Positions 58,844 through 64,000 of a stretch of 64,000 nt of DNA are shown here, piece after piece. Source of the DNA: an uncultured Clostridium sp. (GTDB taxonomy: Bacteria > Bacillota > Clostridia > Clostridiales > Clostridiaceae); the NCBI RefSeq assembly GCF_900547475.1, contig NZ_URGW01000019.1, one strand, 5' to 3'. Numbering within the stretch: the first letter of the stretch is position 1; every line of letters begins with the position of its first letter. The notes below the pieces were generated by a model that did no database searches, was not told the DNA's origin, and saw nothing but the letters and a program-made list of their open reading frames with translations. The position numbers were made by a program, and so were the translations under genes.

Positions 58844-58869
58844 AATATATGTATTTTAAACACATATGT
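58844..58869 (-). promoter_or_regulatory. sigma-K-like sporulation promoter
   Basis: Minus strand AC-N16-CATATATT, about 30 nt before the ATG. Confidence 0.5.
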
Positions 58870-58981
58870 TACTTTATAGAATATGACTATAATTAGAGGT
58901 ATATTACAAGTGAATAATATAATATGCTTAAATAATCACAATAGATAAAGTAAGGAATATATTATATTGGAGGGGATTATT

Positions 58982-60277
58982 ATGCATAAAGAAAATATAG
59001 ATAATTTAAGAAAACTATTTATAGGGTTGGATAAAAAGGTTAATGTAGATGGAAAGGGAAGATTAATTCCTATAAATTTTGATAATGCAGCTACCACTCC
59101 ACCTTTTAAAAGAGTTATGAAAATGATATTAGAAACTAGTGAGTATTATGGATCAATTGCAAGGGGAGACGGTAAAAAATCTCAATATTGTAGTGATTTA
59201 TATGAAAATTCTAGAAAATATATATTGGAATATTTTAATGCACCAGAAGATATATATACAGCAATTTTTGTTGGAAATACTACTGATGGATTAAATAAAT
59301 TATCTAATATTTTAATTGAAGATAAAGACGATATAGTTATTACTACTAGAATGGAACATCATTCAAATGATTTACCTTGGAGAAATAAGTGCAATTTAAA
59401 ACATGTTGAGGTAGATAAGGATGGAAGGCTTATAGTAGAAGAAATAGAGATGTTATTAGAGAAATATCAAGGAAGAGTTAAATATGTTACTGTAACAGGA
59501 GCATCAAATGTTACTGGGTACGTAAATGATATAAGAAGAATAGCAAGAGCTACCCATAAATATGGAGCTAAAATAATTGTTGATGGAGCTCAATTAATTC
59601 CACATAAAAAAATATCTATGACACAAGAAGATATTAATGAAAATATAGATTTTTTGGTGTTCTCTGGTCATAAAGTATATGCACCTTTTGGAAGTGGAGT
59701 TATTATTGGTCTAAGAGAAATATTTAATGAAAAAGAACCATCTTCAAAGGGCGGAGGAACTGTTCAAATAGTACTTGATAATCGTCAACTATGGTTAGAT
59801 ACACCAGAGAAAAATGAAGCAGGTACACCTAATCTTTTTGGTGCTGTAGCAATAGCTGAAGCTCTTAGAGAAATGGATAAAATAGGATTTGAAACAATTG
59901 AAAGCAATGAAAAAGAATTACTTTCATATTTAGTTAAAGAATTAAAGCAATTTGAAAAAGTAATTTTGTATGGGGATAATGAAAATATAAATGATAGATT
60001 AGGAATTTTAGTATTTAATATTGATGGAATGTCTTATGAAGAGGTTGGAGAAGCACTTGCCAATATAAGAGGAGTAGGGGTTAGAGAAGGAGGATTTTGT
60101 GCGCATCCATATACAAGAAGAGTTCTTGGAATAGCAGATAGTGACTTGCAAAGATATATGAGTGAGATTGGAACGCCAGGATTAGTTAGAGTAAGCTTAG
60201 GTGCATATAATAGCAAAAAAGAAGCAAATATTTTTTTAGATACAATCGAATATATCTGTAGACGCTATGCTAAGTAA
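58982..60277 (+). CDS. class V aminotransferase / cysteine desulfurase-like PLP enzyme
   Basis: Motifs NFDNAATT, MEHHSN, ASNVTG, VDGAQ, FSGHK (PLP lysine), EAGTPN, REGGFCAHP. Confidence 0.92.
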   Translation: MHKENIDNLRKLFIGLDKKVNVDGKGRLIPINFDNAATTPPFKRVMKMILETSEYYGSIARGDGKKSQYCSDLYENSRKYILEYFNAPEDIYTAIFVGNTTDGLNKLSNILIEDKDDIVITTRMEHHSNDLPWRNKCNLKHVEVDKDGRLIVEEIEMLLEKYQGRVKYVTVTGASNVTGYVNDIRRIARATHKYGAKIIVDGAQLIPHKKISMTQEDINENIDFLVFSGHKVYAPFGSGVIIGLREIFNEKEPSSKGGGTVQIVLDNRQLWLDTPEKNEAGTPNLFGAVAIAEALREMDKIGFETIESNEKELLSYLVKELKQFEKVILYGDNENINDRLGILVFNIDGMSYEEVGEALANIRGVGVREGGFCAHPYTRRVLGIADSDLQRYMSEIGTPGLVRVSLGAYNSKKEANIFLDTIEYICRRYAK

Positions 60278-60279
60278 CC

Positions 60280-60525
60280 CAATTATTCGTTATGTGAGAG
60301 CGAAAAAATGAAATATTTATTTTCCGGGAACTATGAAATTTTCACCTAGAATTTATATAATTGATTCTGTAAAGTTGGCTAAAGTTTTTAAACTCGCTGT
60401 TAGCTCAAACAGTAAAAACTTCTTAACGCCAACTTTACTTCATCAATTATTAAATTCTACGGCTTAATTTCAATGTCCCTTCCAAATAAATATTTCATTT
60501 TTTTCTTTTTTCACGCAACTAATTG
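60280..60525 (+). repeat. 246-nt rod-like nested inverted-repeat element (MITE/REP-like element or structured RNA), copy 1
   Basis: At least eight nested stems, including a perfect 20-bp stem (60303-60322 / 60484-60503) and an 11-bp stem (60369-60379 / 60428-60438). Confidence 0.85.
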
Positions 60526-60589
60526 TATCTTTGAAGTTTATAATTAATTTTTGTCTTATATTTATAAGGAGTCGTTAACTTTTAAGTGG

Positions 60590-60727
60590 TATTGCAGTTC
60601 ATAAAAGTAGAAGAGAAAAAAATAATGATATTACTGGAAGGAAGATTGTAATTAAATTCTAGAACTTAATTACACCATTCCTAGAAGTAATATCATTATT
60701 TTTTCGGCTCCTATGTGAGGAACAATA
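60590..60727 (-). repeat. shorter homologous rod-like element, copy 2 (inverted)
   Basis: Perfect 19-bp stem 60617-60635 / 60686-60704 and 9-bp stem 60647-60655 / 60666-60674; shares CGAAAAAAT, CTAGAATTTA, CCTTCCA and ATTTTTTTCT with copy 1 in the same order. Confidence 0.8.
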
Positions 60728-60730
60728 TTT

Positions 60731-61948
60731 TTATTTATTGAAGACTTTAAATGATGGCATTGGTGAAGCGGAAATTATATTTGGAATTTCAGAAACTAAA
60801 GGAGCAAGGTATTCTAAAGCTTCTTCTTTTAGGTTATTTCCAGCTTCATTTATCCATTCAGTTGGGAAATACTTAACGTTATTAGCAATCTTATCAGCTT
60901 CAATTAAGAAGTAAGAAGATTTATAAGGTATATTATTTTCTCTTTTTATTCCAATCATATAACCAGATTTACCAAGGCTAGCTTGTCTTAAAGCTTCATA
61001 TCCAACTTCATAAGCTTCTTCTAAATCTATATTAGAAGCACAATGCATAGCACATCTTTGAAGAACTCCAAGTTCTAAAGATTTAACTCTACTAGTTATA
61101 CCAGAAGAGATTATTAAATTCTTTAAGTAAGCACCAACACCACCTAATTGAGCATGTCCAAATTTATCGTGAGCTTGAGCATGGGCTTCTGCAACAAATT
61201 TTCCTTCAGCAGTTCTTATTCCTTCAGAAACAACTATGTAAACTTGATTTTGTTCTTCAAATTTATTTTTTACATCACATAAAAATTTATCTACATCAAA
61301 AGCAGCTTCAGGTAAATAAATAAAATCTGCTACTAGTTTTCCATTTAACTTAGCTAACGCAGCAGATGCAGCTAACCATCCAGTATCACGCCCCATAGTT
61401 TCTAAAATGAATATTCCATTGTTTATGTATACAGAGGAGTCAAGGTAAGTTTCAAGTACACTTGTTGCAATAAATTTAGCTGCACTACCAAAGCCAGGTG
61501 TATGATCAGTGTACATTAAATCATTATCAATAGTTTTAGGTATACCAATAAACTTAACATCTATTCCAGTTTCTTTTGCATAAGCACTTAGTTTAGCTGT
61601 AGTATCCATAGAGTCATTACCACCAACATAAAAGAAAGCTTTAATATCATTAGCTTTTAAGATTTCAAGTAGTCTATCATATTCCTCAGTTGATTCTTCA
61701 AGTTTTTTCATTTTATATCTACAAGATCCTAAACCTGATGAAGGTGTATATCTAAATCTATTTATGTCATCTTGAGAAAATGATGAAAGTTCTATTATAT
61801 TACCATTTAAAATTCCTTCAATTCCATTTAAGCCTGCATAAACTTTATCAAAAACTCCTAAAGTGTTATTTGCTTCAACTAATCCAACAACGCTTGAGTT
61901 TATAACTGCTGTAGGACCTCCAGATTGTGCTATGATACAATTTGCCAT
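60731..61948 (-). CDS. 6-phosphofructokinase, probably PPi-dependent
   Basis: Motifs AQSGGP, GGNDS (Asp at the phosphoryl-donor position), PKTIDND (Lys), MGR, VSEG, DKFGHAQLGG. Confidence 0.9.
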   Translation of the reverse strand: MANCIIAQSGGPTAVINSSVVGLVEANNTLGVFDKVYAGLNGIEGILNGNIIELSSFSQDDINRFRYTPSSGLGSCRYKMKKLEESTEEYDRLLEILKANDIKAFFYVGGNDSMDTTAKLSAYAKETGIDVKFIGIPKTIDNDLMYTDHTPGFGSAAKFIATSVLETYLDSSVYINNGIFILETMGRDTGWLAASAALAKLNGKLVADFIYLPEAAFDVDKFLCDVKNKFEEQNQVYIVVSEGIRTAEGKFVAEAHAQAHDKFGHAQLGGVGAYLKNLIISSGITSRVKSLELGVLQRCAMHCASNIDLEEAYEVGYEALRQASLGKSGYMIGIKRENNIPYKSSYFLIEADKIANNVKYFPTEWINEAGNNLKEEALEYLAPLVSEIPNIISASPMPSFKVFNK

Positions 61949-62187
61949 TAAAATACTCTCCTTTAAAGTTCAAATTAATTAAGATTTATAAATTAAAAAT
62001 ATACATTAATTCTTAGAAGGCAGATATTAATGTGATATACTATTTCTCTTATTTTCTAAATACAATATATACTATACAACAAAATAGTATTAAATAAAAG
62101 ATATAAAAAAATAAAATTTACAATATGAATCATAGGTTGATAAATTTAATAATAAAATTATACAAATAATGTAAAGATGGGGGAAGT

Positions 62188-62745
62188 ATGAATTTAAAGG
62201 ATTTAATTATAGTTGGAATTGCGTTAGCTATGGATGCTGTTGGTGTAACTGTGAGTATTGGGGTAAATCCCAAAGTTATACGTAGGAATAAAATAGCTTT
62301 TATAATGTCTTTTGCAATGTTTCAGTTTTTATTCTTTTTTTTAGGAGGGATAGGAGGACATTTATTTGAGAAATATGTAACAACTATTCCTAATGTAGTT
62401 GGAGGTATTGCTATAGCTATAGTAGGTATATTAATGATAAAGGAAGGATTTGAGGGTAGTGAAGACGATGGAACCTTATTATTGAAGAAAGGAATGGTGT
62501 TAATACTTGGAGTATCTGTTAGTATTGATGCTTTTGTGGTAGGCTTTACAGGATTTAATTACATAAGTAATGCTTTAATGATGATAGGGGATTGTTCTAT
62601 TGTTGGATTTATAACTTTGATATTATGTACATTTACATTTTATTTATGTAGATATATAAGAAAGATAGGATTTATATCAAAATATGCTAGTTTTTTTGGT
62701 GGCATAACATTAATTATCTTCGCAATAAAAATGATTTTCTTTTAA
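62188..62745 (+). CDS. MntP/YtaF family membrane protein (putative Mn efflux)
   Basis: Duplicated motifs ALAMDA and SVSIDA; about six TM segments. Confidence 0.85.
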   Translation: MNLKDLIIVGIALAMDAVGVTVSIGVNPKVIRRNKIAFIMSFAMFQFLFFFLGGIGGHLFEKYVTTIPNVVGGIAIAIVGILMIKEGFEGSEDDGTLLLKKGMVLILGVSVSIDAFVVGFTGFNYISNALMMIGDCSIVGFITLILCTFTFYLCRYIRKIGFISKYASFFGGITLIIFAIKMIFF

Positions 62746-62916
62746 AAAGTTATTTACTAATCATATAACAACGAAAATTAATAAATTTATAGTAAGGGTA
62801 AATTATCATTACTATAAATTTTTTTTTATTAATTTGACAAACATAAAAAAATTAGTTATAGTGGATTTAATATAAATACAGATGTTTTTCGATAGAGGAC
62901 AATAAGGGGGTATTTA

Positions 62917-64000
62917 ATGAAAAAATTATCTTTAATTACAAGAATATTATTATGTTTAGTATTAGGAATTGGAATTGGATTATTATGTGGGGCAAATAAT
63001 ATTCAATTTCCAATAAAAATACTAGTGACTTTTAGTGATTTATTTGGGAATTTCCTATCATTTGTAATTCCTTTAATTATTATTGGATTTATAGTTCCTG
63101 GAATAGCATCATTAGGAAGTAAATCAGGAAAAGGTCTTATAATAACTACGATAATAGCATATATTTCTACATTAGCGTCTGGATTTGCAGCATATTTAGT
63201 TGGTGTTGGGATGTTACCTAGCTTAATAAATAGTGAAGTTTCATTAAGTGAAGCAGGAAAATCTATAGAGCCATATTTTAGCATAGAGATACCAGCAATA
63301 ATGTCAGTAATGTCTGCATTAGTATTAGCATTTGTACTTGGTATAGGTTTATCAAAAATTAAAAATAGTGCAATGTTAAAAGTAGTAGATGAATTTAGCT
63401 CAATTGTTTTAATGATTGTTACTAAGGTATTGATACCATTAGTTCCAATTTATATTGGGTGTATTTTTTCAAAGTTAAGTTATAGTGGTGAAATATTTAA
63501 TACATTAAAGTCTTTTGGGATAGTATATGTAATATTATTTTCACTACAATTATTATATATAGTTCTGCAATATTGTATTGCAGGTGCTATTAAAGGAGAA
63601 AATCCTTTTAAGTTAATAAAAAATATGTTTCCAGCATACATGACTGCCTTAGGAACTCAATCCTCAGCAGCGACAATTCCAGTAACACTTCAATGTGTTA
63701 AAAAGAATCAAGTTAATGAGGAAGTTTTAGATTTCGTTGTACCCCTAGGAGCAACTATACATTTAGCAGGTGATACTATTACTTTAGTTCTTACTTCTAT
63801 GGCGGTCATGTATATGAATGGACAAACTCCTACTTTTGGAATGATAATGCCATTTATATTTATGCTAGGAGTTACAATGATTGCAGCACCAGGAGTACCT
63901 GGAGGAGGTATTATGGCTGCTTTGGGATTGCTTGAATCAATGCTTGGATTTGGAGCAATGGAAAAGTCAATTATGATTGCATTACATGCAGCACAAGATA
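62917..64000 (+). CDS. dicarboxylate/amino acid:cation symporter (DAACS), truncated by the window edge
   Basis: Not in the ORF track. RBS AAGGGGG, then MKKLSLITRILLCLVLGIGIG...TALGTQSSAATIPV...PLGATIHLAGD...IAAPGVPGG, open to the end of the window. Confidence 0.92.
   Translation, partial: MKKLSLITRILLCLVLGIGIGLLCGANNIQFPIKILVTFSDLFGNFLSFVIPLIIIGFIVPGIASLGSKSGKGLIITTIIAYISTLASGFAAYLVGVGMLPSLINSEVSLSEAGKSIEPYFSIEIPAIMSVMSALVLAFVLGIGLSKIKNSAMLKVVDEFSSIVLMIVTKVLIPLVPIYIGCIFSKLSYSGEIFNTLKSFGIVYVILFSLQLLYIVLQYCIAGAIKGENPFKLIKNMFPAYMTALGTQSSAATIPVTLQCVKKNQVNEEVLDFVVPLGATIHLAGDTITLVLTSMAVMYMNGQTPTFGMIMPFIFMLGVTMIAAPGVPGGGIMAALGLLESMLGFGAMEKSIMIALHAAQD

Noticed and set aside
60280..60525. 6S RNA, SRP RNA or a simple terminator as the identity of the long hairpin
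   Set aside because: No large central bubble or SRP loop motif, no room for a promoter after the stop codon, much longer than a terminator, and a second homologous copy lies beside it.
61949..62187. yybP-ykoY Mn riboswitch before the MntP-like gene (also checked before the Ca2+-ATPase, 52600-52707)
   Set aside because: Both regions are almost pure A/T and lack the conserved GGGGAGUA-type core; an mntP symbol was therefore withheld.

Overview
Very AT-rich chromosomal segment, most likely from a spore-forming Clostridium sensu stricto (inferred from gene content, codon bias and sigma-A/sigma-K-like promoters). It holds about 50 CDS. I found no rRNA, tRNA, CRISPR array, prophage or transposase. 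In order: a ROK-regulated galT-galK unit; a DUF62 SAM-hydrolase/ECF transporter module with PurR-like boxes; a deacetylase plus two-component system; a small zinc-ribbon protein with a structured leader; LCP; pullulanase; galM; zur-znuBCA; an NCS2 purine permease; a MarR-controlled heterodimeric ABC exporter; a LysM protein; a divergent CarD; a group-B-like [FeFe]-hydrogenase; an orphan beta-propeller histidine kinase followed by hcpR-hcp; a Suv3-like helicase; a lone BcsA-like synthase; a nine-gene Ter/Yce stress cluster followed by a PMCA-type Ca2+-ATPase; an ABC-F; two probable spore genes; a cysteine-desulfurase-like enzyme; a PPi-type phosphofructokinase; MntP/YtaF; and a truncated DAACS symporter. 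The strongest unexplained signals are: (i) two homologous rod-shaped palindromic elements at 60280-60525 (+) and 60590-60727 (-), each starting 2-3 nt after a stop codon and differing by compensatory base changes; (ii) a Tyr-anchored Q/N/G/M heptad repeat, prion-like in composition, at the N-terminus of TelA; (iii) a candidate C-rich small RNA downstream of hcp; (iv) apparent PurR control of the SAM-hydrolase/ECF module. All family calls come from motif recognition by eye; no searches or folding programs were run.
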